A DNA stretch of 64,000 bases from positions 802,593 to 866,592 of the forward strand of contig NW_005434654.1 in assembly GCF_000315625.1 (NCBI RefSeq), in the 5' to 3' direction. This document shows, piece after piece, positions 28,201-41,167 of this stretch. A model generated the notes under the pieces. That model did no database searches. It was given only the letters and a program-made list of their open reading frames with translations, and was not told the DNA's origin. The DNA is from Guillardia theta CCMP2712 (lineage: Eukaryota; Protista; Cryptophyta). The translations under genes and the position numbers were made by a program. Numbering within the stretch: the stretch's first letter is position 1; every line of letters starts with the position of its first letter.

Positions 28201-29545
28201 GAATTTTGCTAAGTTGATTTCAGATCAAGTCGCATATCGAGCAGCTGCGAGTGGAGCGAGCGATGAGGGGAGAAACAGATGCGACGGAAGATGACCCGGA
28301 GGTGCGAGAGAGGAGCAGCGAAGAAGAGAGGAGGATAAGGGGCGAGCAGGAGGGGGGGAATTGGGAGGATGAGGAACAGCGGGGAAGGGATGAAGAAACG
28401 TTCAAGGAGGAAGTGGAACAAGAGGAGCGAGGAGGAGAGCGAGAAGTGTCCGAGGAGCGAGGAGGGGTCGGGCCAGGAGATGATGACGCTTTGCAGGAGC
28501 GGGAGCTCAAGTCGCAGATCGAGTTTCACAAGAGCTCCTACAAGGAGAAATTCAACCGGTGAGGAGGAGGAGGAGGAGGAGGAGGAGGAGGAGGAGGAGG
28601 AGGAGGAGGAGGAGGAGGAGGAGGAGGAGGAGCCTCGGCCCTCAATTTCCCTGACAGGCTGCGAGAGTTGAAAGCAGAGATCGAGCAGATCCAGGTAGAG
28701 CCGTTCTCTCCTCCTCTTCCTCCTCCCTCCTCCCTTTTGCTCTCTTGCTCCCTCCTCGTTGCTCCGCCGCTACCTTCTGCTTTCCTCTCCTGCCCATCCT
28801 CCCTCTTTCCGCTCCTTTACAGCTCCCGCTCACTTGCTCTGACGCAGGGCATCATGGAAAAACAGCGAGTTGGGCTGCAAAACGATTTCGAGAACTGGTG
28901 AGGGGAGGGAGATGTTGAGAGGAGGAGGAAGCGCAGAAGCACGAGCACGTGCCGGACAAAGATAAGGAGTTTGACAGCACAAGAAGGGACAGGGGAGGAG
29001 GGGGAGGGGGGAGGAAGGGGAGGAGCAGGAGCAGGAGCAGGAGGAGGAGGAGGTGAGTAGAGCTGCAGGTACAACCTCATGGTGCGACAGTACCGGGCGG
29101 CGCTCAAGGTTTGTTGTGCCGCCGGGCGGGAGGAGGGAAAGTGAAGGTGTGGAGCAGGGGGAACAGCAGGCGGGAGCAGCACAGGGGGAGGTGACCCGGG
29201 AGGAGAGCCAAGAGATTCGACCAGGGAGGGGAGGAAGCAGCCGAGGGGAGGAGAGCAAGAGCGTGCCCGTGCTGACGGGAAACAGTGAGGCGATGCTTCC
29301 TCGTCAGCTGATTGTAACATGGACATGCAGAGGATGCAGATGCCGACATTGCGGCATTTTACAAGGTGAGCGGGAGAGAAGTGGGATAGACGGCAAGGGG
29401 ATGGAGAGAGGAGGGGACGGGGAGAGGAGGGGGAGGAAGGGACGGGAAGGAGAGCAGGAAGAGGATGGAGGAGATGGAACAGGGTGTGACCCAAAACTAT
29501 CAGGCCAGGCAGCAGCTGCTCGAGAAAAGCTCAGGTCAAAGCTGA
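25218..29545 (+). CDS. KIF6: Kinesin-9 family motor (KIF6-like); middle interrupted by a gap and foreign sequence
   Basis: MTENKINIFLRIRP, FAYGQTGSGKT, SYLEIYN, ETPMN..SSRSHCIF, KLHLVDLAGSER, HIPYRNSMMTSVLRDSLGG; C-terminal exons ELKAEIEQIQ|GIMEKQRVGLQNDFENW and VLTGN..ADADIAAFYK|ARQQLL resemble the KIF6/9 tail. Confidence 0.85.
26980..27159. other. Assembly gap (180 N)
   Basis: Run of N preceded by a poly-C, low-quality-looking tract. Confidence 1.
27160..27930 (-). CDS. Fragment of an unidentified minus-strand gene inside the kinesin locus
   Basis: Exon-like reads YWIILDGANTKGKMTWLRVEQEQQMNDDME, LAEYLHWSNGLLENATL, NPLMYTEDQYQATIEMHDHELW, ESELGPSYYEDVMETKLKQ, IWLEQKLDGDNAY with short intron-like spacers; lower GC than the kinesin exons. 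Confidence 0.45.
28561..28632 (+). repeat. (GAG)n microsatellite forming most of a kinesin intron
   Basis: gt(gag)n...ctgacag. Confidence 0.95.
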
Positions 29546-29637
29546 ACAGGACAAGTGGAGAAAAAGGAGCAGCGGGAAGGTCGGGGAGAGGAGAAAGAGA
29601 AGGGGTTGGGGTGGGGCGGTACGACAATCTTTGTATA

Positions 29638-31998
29638 CTATATTACAAACCCGCAAGGTCGCAGGTCCCATACATGCTGCTGTGCTCCTCGGAATCGTCC
29701 GGCGGGATGAAGACACAGACTCTCTCCTCCTCGTCCATGAAGCTCCTCGGCCGATCCGTCGCCGTGGCGAGGAGGATGAGCTGTTAACTGTGAGCTGGGC
29801 AGCAGCAGGGAAGAGCGCAGGACCTGCATGATTGAAGTGTCGAGCACGTGAAGCCACGAGGACTGGCCGAGTCTGAGAGAAGATGAGGGGGAGTGGACAG
29901 ACGACACGGGAACGTGGAGAAGGGTGGTCCGAGGAGGAGGAGGAGGAGGAGGAGGAGGAGGAGGAGGAGGAGGGGGACCTCTTCTGCAGGCCCATGAGGG
30001 CCGCGAGCTTGTTGGCCTGCGGGATCTCCATGCGCGTCGAGGTGGAGCCAACGAGGTCCGCAAGTCTCCTCCATCCACTCGAGCCGAGATCGGTGGGCAG
30101 AGACACTCCGACCCTGTGCAGCATGGTATGCTTCTGCAGCCCTGGTATGGAAAGATCAGAAAGGAGGAGAGAGAAGAGGATAGAAGGGATGAGACCGGAG
30201 GAGTCCAGGGAGGAGACGAGAGGGGGAGGATGGAGAAAGCGAATCGAGTTGGGCGATGGAGAGGAGCAAGTGATGCAGCGCGAAATCAGAAGAGAAGCAA
30301 TAAGAGACGGGGAGGACGGAGGGAGGGGGAGAGGGAGGGAGGGAAGGAGGGAGGGATACCTAAGGCGAGCGTTTTCGCTCCTTTATCTCGGATAGGGTTG
30401 CCTCGAAGGTCAAGTACCTACGGACGTTCACTTCCAGCGGCTGGTAGGATTCGATACCTCGAGCTGGCAGAGACGAGGAAAGATCTTGGTTAGCTCTTTC
30501 ATGCCATCAGGTCCGATCATGTTGCAGGATAAATCCAGATGCTTGATGGGGAGGAAGTGAGTCCTGGAAGGTCGGTGAGCAAGGGGAGGGGAGGAGGACT
30601 CTGGGAGGGAGGGGGGAGCGGCAGGAGGTGCTGAGGTCAGGAGGAGGAGGTCTTCACCTCTTGCCAAGTTCTGGGCTCCTTCGTCTCCTATCGCCTGCGG
30701 ACTCTCATCAGCCGACGTCTCGCAACCTCTTCACAGTCACGTTATGAGCCAGCCCGATGGAGGTCAGCGAGCGATTGCTGGAGAGGAGGCGGGCAAGAGC
30801 AGAAGCCCCAGGTTCCGCCAGGCGCATGAGGCCTCTGTTCGAGGACGCGGATCTCCAGGAACCATTGAAGGGGATGGGGTTCGCAGAGAGCTCCAGCGTC
30901 TGCAGCGTCTTGTTGGACATTAGAGCTTCGCAAACTTCAGTCGCCCTGCAAGAACTTGCACATCAGTTCCTGTGATGCAGAGAGGGCGGAGGAGGCGGAG
31001 GCAAGGCGAAGAGGAGCGCGAGGGAGTCTTACCCTAGGCAGCCCATCCTTTGCCTGCTCAGGTCCAGCATCAAGAGCGACGTGTTGGTGCCCAGCATCTT
31101 AGCGACTGCGGGGACTGAGTACACTTGAAGCTTTGCCATCGAGAGGCATGTCAACGAGCCCCTCCGCCCCTCCTCAATCTCCCTGCAGATCCTCTCAACA
31201 TCCTCATGCACGCTGCCGTAGATCGTAATGCTGCGAACAGGATCAGGGATCGAGAACCTCCTCCGTGAGGAGACCGCTCCTACACCAACCCTCGACCGAC
31301 TGAGACACTGAAGGTACCTTATCTGTACTTCTGCTCTCTTTCTCTCCCTCTCAAGGGCTCATCTCATCTACATTCTCCTAAGCTCATCATCTCCAGGGAG
31401 ATCTTCTTCTACCATCATGAATGTCCGTGCCGTGCGCTCGCTGCTCCCACCACTCCGCGTGTTGCTCCTCACAAAGTTTTGTTGCAACACCCCAGCCCAT
31501 CTGCCCCTGCCATTGAGAACCTGCGACATGCACTCCAGATATTTGTTCCTTGACCTCAGCATCGTCCTGCCAGCAAGAATTCTAGTGCATTTCTATCTCC
31601 TCCTCTCACACTCGCACCCATCCTTCCATCTTTCGTTGTCCGTTCTCCACAACCCCGAGCATCCCACTGGACTGATCTAACTTGTCCTCGTCTCCTAGCT
31701 GTTACTGGTGCCTTGATAACAGATGCTCTCACTATCATCATTCTCCATTTAAGGTGATTTCTCTCTCCCTCTCCCTTCTTCGCGCTTTCCAACCCCGCTG
31801 CCCTGCTCCCCTTGCCTTCCATTTCCTGGCTCTCCACCTTCTGTCTCCTCTCTTGTATCTATTCGTCAACACTACTCCCACATCCTTCTCCTCTGTCCGC
31901 ACAACCCTCCTCCTCCTCCTCCTCCTCCTCCTCCTCCTCCTCCTCCTCTCCTCTTCCGCCAATCACCTTCGCGTCTGCAAGGTATCTACAAGGTGCAT
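29638..31998 (-). CDS. RNI-like leucine-rich repeat protein (NLRC3-type LRRs), multi-exon
   Basis: MLGTNTSLLMLDLSRQRMG, MSNKTLQTLELSANPI, LLSSNRSLTSIGLAHN, IGDEGAQNLA, IKHLDLSCNMIGPDG. Boundaries approximate. Confidence 0.75.
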
Positions 31999-32421
31999 AG
32001 AGATTCCCTGCAGGACCACCCCTGCGGTGTCCTGTACCCTACCATCCCCTTTCCCCATTACTTGAAACTAAAGTACCCGGTAGTATGATCATGGACTACC
32101 CCACCGGATATAGCAGTTCTTTCAGCACACACTTTTTATCTCAAACATTTTATAACTATGAAACGATGGGGTTTGTGAACTCTTTGAGCTTGTTTCAGCA
32201 GGATTGTACCTAATTAGGTACTTTCTGGTTAAAATCAAGTTAAATTGTACCAGAATCGCCATAAACTGTACAAAAGTGCGTTAGGGGCTTGGAGGCACCC
32301 TGCACCCTGAATCTCAGCAAATTAAATGGATTGTAGCTAACTTTAAGTCTAAATTACGTCGTTTCAGATCCCTTGGACAATGATTTAGCAAGTTTCTGGT
32401 TAAATTCAGAAGGCTGTCGAC

Positions 32422-34340
32422 ATGGGCGTGTGGGATGTTCTCGCCGATACACTCTGCAAGCCCAAGAGGTGAAGAGAGCGAGGAGGTTGGGAGGAAGGAG
32501 GAAAGAGGAAGGAAAAGGACAAAGAGGACGAGGAGGAGAAGACAACAGGACGGGGAGGACGAGGACGAGGACGAGGAGGACAGGAGGGAGTAGGAAGAGC
32601 AAGCATTGGTGGGTGCAGCTCGGGGATCGGAGTGAGTAAGGGAGTGAGAATACGTAGTGAAATGATGGAGGAAAGAATGGGGGTTGTTTGAGAAAGAGAG
32701 AGAGGACCAGAGGACCTCTGCTTCAGAGTTTTTTGTGCTCTGATCAGACTACAGGATGGTTTACGATCCTGATGAAGAACTCGGGCCACCATCATTTGCC
32801 ATCAATGACAGAGTTTTCAAGCGGCAGGACCTTGAGGTAGTATTCTCACTGAAGTGTTCTGGTTTTGGTCTTACTCCTAGACAGATTGTGAATGATCGGG
32901 GGCAAATCCTGGCGTGCAGTCACTACGTTCCTACTTTCCTCTCCCAGGTTGCTGCTTAGTCTACTCCACAGCCTCCTCCTTACACGTCATCTTGTCAGTA
33001 CCCTGTCGTTGTGTATTGCCATGGGACGGGAGGTTTCCGAGGAGACGTCGAAGATTACCTTTGGTGCTGCTGAGCCATTCCCTTGATGCATCGCTCGCTT
33101 ACTTCTTGTCCCTCAGCTACCTGCTCCCGGAAGACATAAGCGTGTTCACCTTCGACTTCTCCGGGGCGGGTCTTTCAGACGGAGAGACGTGCAGCCTCGG
33201 CTACTTCGAGAGCCTGGACCTGTTCTGCGTCATCAAGCACCTCCAGAGCTTGCGGGAGGTCAAGAAGATCGCGGTCTGGGGCCACAGCATGGGAGCCGCT
33301 ACCGCGCTCATGCTTGCGGGAACTTGCAAGACGATCTGAGTGCCCTTGTGATCGACAGCTGCTACTCGTCGGTGGAGAGTGTCGCCATGGAGGTCTCGCA
33401 CAGGTACATCAGCATGGTGCCTTTCCTGCAGCTCTGGATGGTCGAGAAGGGCGCTGCTGGGGAGCTCCGTGCGACGGAGGCGATGCGGCACTGCCTCGAC
33501 TCCCTCCGCTCCTCCGTCCTGTCTAGAGGGCACTTCGACATTAACGACGTCTGCCCGGACAAGGCGGTGAAGAAAATCAAACGCACGCCCATCTTGTTCC
33601 TGCACGGGGAGCAGGATGATTTCATCGGACCGTGGAATAGCAGGAAGCTCTACGAGAACGCGCAGTCGGAGAAGCACCTTGCCGTCTTTCAAGGCTCTCA
33701 CAACACAGCTCGCCCCCACGAGCTGCTCGTGATGATCGTGAACTTCCTCAAGAAGAAGATCTTACCATCACAGAGCACGGACGTGCTCCACGGATGCCCC
33801 ATGTGCACCTACAAGCTGAGCCTGGCGCGGAAGTTGTCTAGTGGTGGATGCCTGGCTGGACTGACTCCTTTCCCTCCGACTTCGACCGTGCACCTGCCCC
33901 AAGGCCTCCGCTGTCACTTCCAGGAGAGAGCCAAGGCAAGGGGGCACACGAGGCGTCAGGCTGCCAACTTGGTAGCGCAATTCATGTCGGAGGCCATAGC
34001 TTGTAGCAGGATCCTTATGGTGCAGAGGCGGAAAGCTCCGTGCGGCATCTACATGCCCATAAGAATCGTCGGGGAGTTGTGCACTTGGAGCAAGCGGCGC
34101 ATCGACAGGGCTGGGTATGCGCAGACGATGGAGGCTTGCTTGTCGGGGTTGAAGGTTGCGATGGATCCCATTGCAAGGAGCATCCGATCGAACTCTCAGT
34201 GCAGGTCGAGTCTGTTCGCGACCAAGGAGTCCTGCACCTGCTGGGCTTTTGTGAGCCTCGTCGGGTTGACAGCGGTCCTCAACCTCCGCCAGAGGCTGTA
34301 AACTATCTTGAGCAACTCTTCACACGGTATTCTTTTGTTT
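32422..34340 (+). CDS. Alpha/beta hydrolase (ABHD13/17/YqkD-like) with C-terminal extension
   Basis: MGVWDVLADTLCKPKR|MVYDPDEELGP; VFTFDFSGAGLSDG, nucleophile GHSMG, HGEQDDFI (Asp), GSHN (His). 3' end approximate. Confidence 0.88.
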
Positions 34341-34566
34341 TCCCATTTCCTTTCCTTCCCTTCCCCTCCCTTCCTTTTCTTCCGCTTCTTTTCCTTTCCC
34401 CTCTTTGCTTTCCTTTTCTTCTTTTGGTCTCTTCAAGTATTTTAAAAAAAGATTCTTCGAGTTGCAAGTAGAAATTACATGTAGATGTTGGTGTTTGACC
34501 GCACTCTCCCGTCTTCTGTCTTCAGATTGAGCTGCGCTGAAACTACCGCGTGCCTCGGACATTACC

Positions 34567-35053
34567 TCATTGTCCACCTCCTTGCGCAACGGGCCCTTCT
34601 CCGCCAGGAACAAGCATGCAGATCTGAGCGACGACTGTCAGACTTTCGTCACAAGGGAGCAGGAAAGTTACGTTGTTGCCGTTGAGAAGGATTTGATCGA
34701 GCTTTGTTTCTCGATACCCCCCATCAGGATTCACTTCGAACTCCGTGACATCCTGAGCAGATTCTATCAGCCTCTCACTGGCACAGCGCCCTCCTCCGTC
34801 TTCCAACCTCCAACACCATGTTGACATAGTCATCGAAGCCTTGCAACGTCCCAACAAACTCCTGATGTGGCACGACGTGAGGATCGCGAGAGAATGGCGG
34901 CGCAATTATCAAACCTTGTCGCCTTTGAGGATGATCCAAATTCTTGATCCTGTACAAACCGTCAAACAAATGTTGCTAAGGTGATTCATTCCAACCTATG
35001 CAGCGATCAATCAGCTCCAAGGGCAGCAGCTGTCCACCCATAGTCCTTGACAT
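34567..35053 (-). CDS. LSM5: U6 snRNA-associated Sm-like protein LSm5
   Basis: MSRTMGGQLLPLELIDRCIG|..WIILKGDK|EFVGTLQGFDDYVNMVLE|DVTEFEVNPDGGYRETKLDQILLNGNN|ICMLVPGGEGP. Confidence 0.95.
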
Positions 35054-35698
35054 GTTTGTAGAGTGCTTATGAGATGATACGTGGACGCGTTGTTTCTAGA
35101 CTTTCTGAACAAGGATATTACTGTAATGGAATGCAGAAGCAATAAGACGAAAAGACGAAAAAAAATGTGGAAATCGTGGAAGATCAGATACATCAGATGA
35201 GACAGCAAAGACAAATGATCGCATGAGTCATTGCACAACTTCGTTAGATCTCCGGTCAAATGAGCATCCAAAATCCAATGCAACAGGCCACCAACAAGAT
35301 TCAATCATAGACGTTCTTTCTGAGCACAACGACCTCAAAATACACCAAATAAGGACAGTGCAAGGGGGGATTCAATTTGTTAGTCCGAGCAATAGTGTTC
35401 TTCGATCTCAAATTCGAGTTGGGTCCTTCCATCTAACGTGTAGTCTTTCATGACATTCTCTCCTTCTCTACCATTCTGTGCTGTCAATCGTGTCTCACTG
35501 CAGCTCCTCGTTCCCTTTCGTTCATTCTCTCTCAGCTGCGATCGACAGATGCTGACCCGTCCTTCTCCTCTCCTCTCCCCTCCCCTCCCCTCCCCTCCCC
35601 TCCCCTCCCCTCCCCTCCCCTCCCCTCCCCTCCTCTCCTCTCCTCTCCTCTCCCGTCCTGTCTTGTAGGCTTTGAAGGCTCTCATGCAGGCTGGTGGA

Positions 35699-36269
35699 NN
35701 NNNNNNNNNNNNNNNNNNNNNNNNNNNNNNNNNNNNNNNNNNNNNNNNNNNNNNNNNNNNNNNNNNNNNNNNNNNNNNNNNNNNNNNNNNNNNNNNNNNN
35801 NNNNNNNNNNNNNNNNNNNNNNNNNNNNNNNNNNNNNNNNNNNNNNNNNNNNNNNNNNNNNNNNNNNNNNNNNNNNNNNNNNNNNNNNNNNNNNNNNNNN
35901 NNNNNNNNNNNNNNNNNNNNNNNNNNNNNNNNNNNNNNNNNNNNNNNNNNNNNNNNNNNNNNNNNNNNNNNNNNNNNNNNNNNNNNNNNNNNNNNNNNNN
36001 NNNNNNNNNNNNNNNNNNNNNNNNNNNNNNNNNNNNNNNNNNNNNNNNNNNNNNNNNNNNNNNNNNNNNNNNNNNNNNNNNNNNNNNNNNNNNNNNNNNN
36101 NNNNNNNNNNNNNNNNNNNNNNNNNNNNNNNNNNNNNNNNNNNNNNNNNNNNNNNNNNNNNNNNNNNNNNNNNNNNNNNNNNNNNNNNNNNNNNNNNNNN
36201 NNNNNNNNNNNNNNNNNNNNNNNNNNNNNNNNNNNNNNNNNNNNNNNNNNNNNNNNNNNNNNNNNNNNN
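35699..36269. other. Assembly gap (571 N) flanked by CT-rich repeats
   Basis: Run of N; (CCCCT)n at about 35576-35630. Confidence 1.
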
Positions 36270-36619
36270 CGGACGCAATAGAGGGAATTCCATGCCGTGA
36301 AAGTTTTCGCCTCCCATACCCTCTCTTCTCGTCTCCTCCTCTTCGCTCTCCCCCTCTCCTCCCTTCTCATCTCCGCTCTCCGCTCTCCGCTCTCTCCCTC
36401 TCTCCTTCTCATCTTCTCATCTTCTCATCTTCTCATCTTCACTCTCCGCTCTCGCCCTGCCCTGCCCTGCCCTGCCATCCCTTCTCGACTTCGATGACGT
36501 TCAACCTTCGATGACTTGAACCATCACTCTTGGTCCGTTCTCTCAAGGCCCCTCCTCCTGAGCTCAGAAAGGACCGTTAGGGCTGGAAGAAGAGAGCATC
36601 ACAGAAGGGACATCTGACC

Positions 36620-38550
36620 ATGCATCGTCGCGAGGTCAACTCAAGTAACCTCGTGCTGGCACTCATCTTGATGGATGCCGCCTGTCTTTCATGTTCATTT
36701 CATGGCTTCTCAGCTGCACATTGCCCATCCCGATTCTCACAAGCATGCCGATTCTCACAAGCATGCCGCCATCTCGGGCCCCTCAAGTGCCTTCATTTAA
36801 GAGGAGGAAACGCGTCCGACCTGGAGGCCGCTCAGGTTTCCTCCAGCAAGAATCCTGCTGCGTGCTTGACGGGTCCGTGCGACAGGATGCAGAGGAAGAC
36901 CATGATTGCAATGCTGCTCGAGCTGATCGGAACATATCTGAGGTGAACACAGACATCGATCATTTGTGGATCTTTCTTTATTTTGTAAAATCTCACGAAA
37001 ATTACAGGATCTTACGGGAGAAGCCATAAACGTGACAGGCGGAACCAATGTGTCGCGTTGCAAGAGACGGTGCGAAAGTCTTGAATCCAAGGAGAATGGA
37101 AGCGACGGGAACCAGAGTGCTAAGGCTCGCAAGACGATGGATGGAGTGGAAGAGCGTCTGGAAGCAGCCAAAGGTAACGTAACGAGGGAGAGGTGACGCT
37201 GAAGTTGAGGCAAGGCAGCGAAGTCAACCAGACCACAAGAATACACTCTCGGGCTGAAGAGGAATTCCGCTTGAAGGCAGGGAACATCGTTTCGATCAAT
37301 GAAGATTACAAACATTCAACTGCTGCGAGGGCTTTCATGCAAAATGTACCAGACGCATTTGTTCATTGCATTATGATTGACACTGGTGTCTGAAAAGGGC
37401 AAAGAGCTTTATTGGTGGAAGCAGGTGATAGCGAATTGAATTCTTCACCGATCATGTTGTGCTTTGGCTGCAGTCGTATGAAAACGTCGAGGTATTGTTT
37501 TCCTTCAGGGAGAGCATCAAGAAGTCGGATGTGCAGGTCTTGAATTCTTGTCGTTGACGAAATAGATGAGATTAAGAGGCAGGTCGAGATTCGGCCGACT
37601 TTGATATCTATCAACATGTCCAGTCATCTCCTGGACGGCAACGAGTCACGTTCACGTGAAGCTGATTTGAACACTACGAAGATGCAGCCATTCTTGTCTT
37701 TGAGCCTCTTTGAGAGTGTCTTCCGCCCGCCAGAGAGCTCGTGAGCTGGAGGAGGAGGAGGAGGGAGGAACGATACCTGACGTGTTTTCAGGTGGATGAT
37801 TGAGGACAACACCCTTCAGTTCACTCTCGCCAAGTCCTTGCCTGTGAGAACTCCTGACGTGCTCGTCCACCAACTTGCTGTCGTCTTCCCGGTCGCCCTG
37901 ACTTGGATACGACGAGCCATGCAGGGTCGAGCATGGCATGCAGTCTTTCAAGGGCATGAGAATCTCAACGGAAGTCAAATCAGAATGGTAGGCGTTCCCT
38001 TGCTTCTGACTTGCCTATGTTGACGAGAGGGTTGAAGATCGAGTCCGACATCCATCTGGAGCAGCTAAGAACCAAGTATCCTCAGCTACTCGTCAACGAG
38101 GTCACTCCCTCCTTTTCATTGGCTTGATGCTACCTCAACCACCGATTCCTCTTCCTTGTTCTCCCCCCTCCTCTCCCGTCCTGCTCTGACTGACCTACCT
38201 CTGTCCTAGGATGAGGATGTACAGCCTGCTAGCCTGCAAGAGATTGTCTCGCAAGGTTCTTCTTCTGGATGTCTTTCCCTGTCCCTTCCTCCCCTCTGCG
38301 TCCATTCTGCTGATACTTCTCCACATCGCCTTGCTCCCTCTCACTCTTTCCCTCCCTCTCCCTCTCTCATCGCCCACGGCCCTTCCATGGCAACCCCCTC
38401 CTTGCACCCGGGCATCCTCCCCCACTTGGTCCTCCTGATCGCCTCTGAGCTCTTGTAACCAGCTCGGCTGCCGGAAGAGTTGAACATGGAGGAGAAGCTC
38501 CGCTACCATCAGTCAACCTTCTACGCGCCAGCGATGCTGAACGAGTGAGG
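36620..38550 (+). CDS. NudC/CS-domain (p23-like) protein with signal peptide + LRGG presequence
   Basis: N-terminus MHRREVNSSNLVLALILMDAACLSCSF...CLHLRGG; exons WMIEDNTLQFTLAK and AMQGRAWHAVFQGHE resemble the NudCD2-type CS domain end. Splicing and 3' end uncertain. Confidence 0.55.
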
Positions 38551-38679
38551 AGGAGAGGATGAGCTGCGGTGAGAGCAGACGGGTGCATGGGCAGATCGAG
38601 GGGATCAGTGGAAAAGAATATTTCACTTCCTCTCCTTGCCCCCTCTCTCCTCTGCTGTCCTCCCCTACTCCCTCCTCTC

Positions 38680-41167
38680 TCAGTCCCCACAGATGCTCTG
38701 ATCGCTCACGGCCAGGGCCTTGTAATAGCGCGAGTAGCAGTAAGCTGAGGAGCGATCAGCGAAGAAGCAAGAGGCGAGAGCGGGAAGATGTCCGCGAGCA
38801 GGAATAAGGAGTAGGGGCAGAAGCAAGAAATGCGAGAGAGGAGAAGGAGAAAATAGGGACAAGGACCAGCACAAGGACGAGGACCAGGATGCAGTTCCTT
38901 GATCACCTGGTTTGTTGCCTCTCTTTCTCAGTCGCTCGGCCTCTCTGTTTGCAATGTCCTCGTTGGAAGGATTCACAAGCTCCTGCCCCAACGCACGTGA
39001 GCAGAACCAAACAAAGTGGAAAGAGCATAACTGGAAGATGGAGAGGTAGACGGGGAGGAGCAAGAATGGGTGAAAGGCCCAGGGGGAAGGGGGGAGGGGA
39101 ATAAGAGGAGGAGGAGATTATGAATCTGGAGATTATGAATCTGTGCTCTGCTGGCTACAGTCTTTGACCTGTAGTTTGTTTTCGCTCTGGATGAAACGAG
39201 GGTCGTAACCTGAAGACGTCTCAATGAAGTACTCAACCTCTGACAAGACAAGACGCTTCAAGGAGATGGAGAAGAAACGAATCCAGGAGGAGGAGAAAAT
39301 CGACGAGTGGATTAGGCAGACTGCAGACGACCAGGAGCAGGAGTTGCAGCAGCACAACCACGGCAGCGAGCAGAAGAAGAACAAACAGCAAGCGCAGCAG
39401 GGGCAGGGGCCAGGTAAGGCAGCCAGACCTTCATCTGGCTTGACAGACGAGAAGCCAGCAATGCTCATGACGAGCACAAACAAGGTGGCAGCCTATCGAC
39501 ACGTCAAGTCGTCAGCTGAGAGGCTGGAGGTATCGAGAGCTACCGATGAGATCTTAAGCTTCTCGATCACTGGCGAGACTTCGAACTGGCGGATGAGACT
39601 GAGGAAGGGGATGAGCACGAGAGAAGGAAAGGTGCAGGCGAATGAGAAACAGGCAGAGAAGTTGATGAGAGAGGAAATGCTCCAAGGGAGGCGATGTAGA
39701 GTATGAGAGGGGGGGAGAGGAGCAGGGGGTGCAGAGCTGGGGAGGGTTCAAGGAGCAGAAGTGAAGTGATTACAAACCGATCGCGGGCGATGATGCTCTC
39801 AGGCTTGATCCACATCGCTCCTCTGTTCCTGTAGCCCAACCGCTCGAGATCCGTTGAAGTGATGGGATTCCTTTCATCTGCAAGCTTTCTCAATGCCGCC
39901 CGTCTCAACTCTCTCGCTCCTGCTCCCTCCCGGAGTCCTCCGGTGCGTCCACCCCTCCTCACTCTGCATCCCTCCGTTCCCTTCCTCCTCCCTTCCCTCT
40001 CCATGCTTGCATCCCTCTCCCCCCTCTCCTCCCTCTACCATAACCCTCTCCTGTGAAACTCAATCCCAGCGATTTCATGTCCATCGCATGCTCACCAGAC
40101 TCAAAGTAGACGGCGTCCTGCTGCAGTCGATCCGACACAAACTTTACCCCAAGGAAGAGCCTCAGCAGCAGCGCGGTCACTACGCTGCTCGCTCCGATGC
40201 AGGACGCAAACAGCCGGGGTAAGAGCTCTGCAGCAGAATCATGAGGCTCGCAGACCGACGCTGCTCCTCCCTGACCTTCGGGCTGGTCGTAGGTGATGCC
40301 TGCGATGGGAAGGCTGACGGCGAAGAAGAAGACCCCGAAAACTCCAAGAAGCCTTCAACCATCCTCGTGAGCTCCCGCACAGAATCCTCACCCTCTCCCC
40401 TCCACCTCAGAGCGAAATCTTGCTGGGGAAGCAGAGGCCAGTCGAAGAGGAATGTATCTTTGAGCAAACTCCACTCGTTGGCTGGCTGCATGTCCGTCGG
40501 GACCCACTCAGACGCGCCTTCACTGTCATCAGCTGCTTCCTCTCTGCCTCTCCAGCCTACCCTTGTCGAAGGGAAGCTGCCGCCGCTCCTTCATCCTCTC
40601 CACCTCATCCCTGTCGTCTTCCGACAACTGCGCCACCCAACGGGAGGGACTGCTGCTCCCGCTCCGGGTGCTCCTGCCGCACCTTCATCCTCATGCGTCT
40701 CCACCTGCGGAGTCTTACCTCGGGCACTGGGCTCTCAGCCATGTCGGATGCGTCAGCCGACTGCCCGCAAAAGGATCAGCCTCGTACTGGCCGTCCTATC
40801 TCGTCATCAAACAACTCACCTGACTTGAAACGCTTGAATGGAGGGCAGGAGGACATCCATCTGCGTGAACGAGTGCATCAGCGTCTCTCTTCCTCATCCT
40901 CCTCTTGCTGCTGCCTCCTTACCTCGTTGGCGAGGAGGAAGAACAGAGAGAACACGGCCCTTGCGGAGGGTCCTTGCCCACTCCGGGCCCTCGCCATCTT
41001 CTGCAAGGAAGCATCGAGTGAGATCGGGAGGTGCACTGTCAGCCTGTCCCTCTGCTCCTCTCTCCGTTCTCGTCCTCCCTTCTGCATCACTCTCCTCTCC
41101 TCTCCTCTCCTCTCCTCTCATCACTCCTCTCGCCCTCCTTCACGCTCCCAGGCTACTTGTCTCCCAT
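38680..41167 (-). CDS. Hypothetical multi-exon protein with a hydrophobic segment
   Basis: Minus-strand exons (NEWSLLKDTFLFDWPLLPQQDFALRW, ELRRAALRKLADERNPITSTDLERLGY, FEVSPVIEKLKISS, ATLFVLVMSIAGFSS) separated by GT-AG low-complexity introns; no family recognised. Confidence 0.5.

Noticed and set aside
35522-36514. Long ORFs across 35.5-36.5 kb
   Set aside because: Artefacts of translating the N gap.
39224-39706. Charged 160-aa plus-strand ORF
   Set aside because: The minus strand shows GT-AG-bounded exons continuous with flanking exons, so this is more likely the antisense of exon plus intron sequence; not fully excluded.
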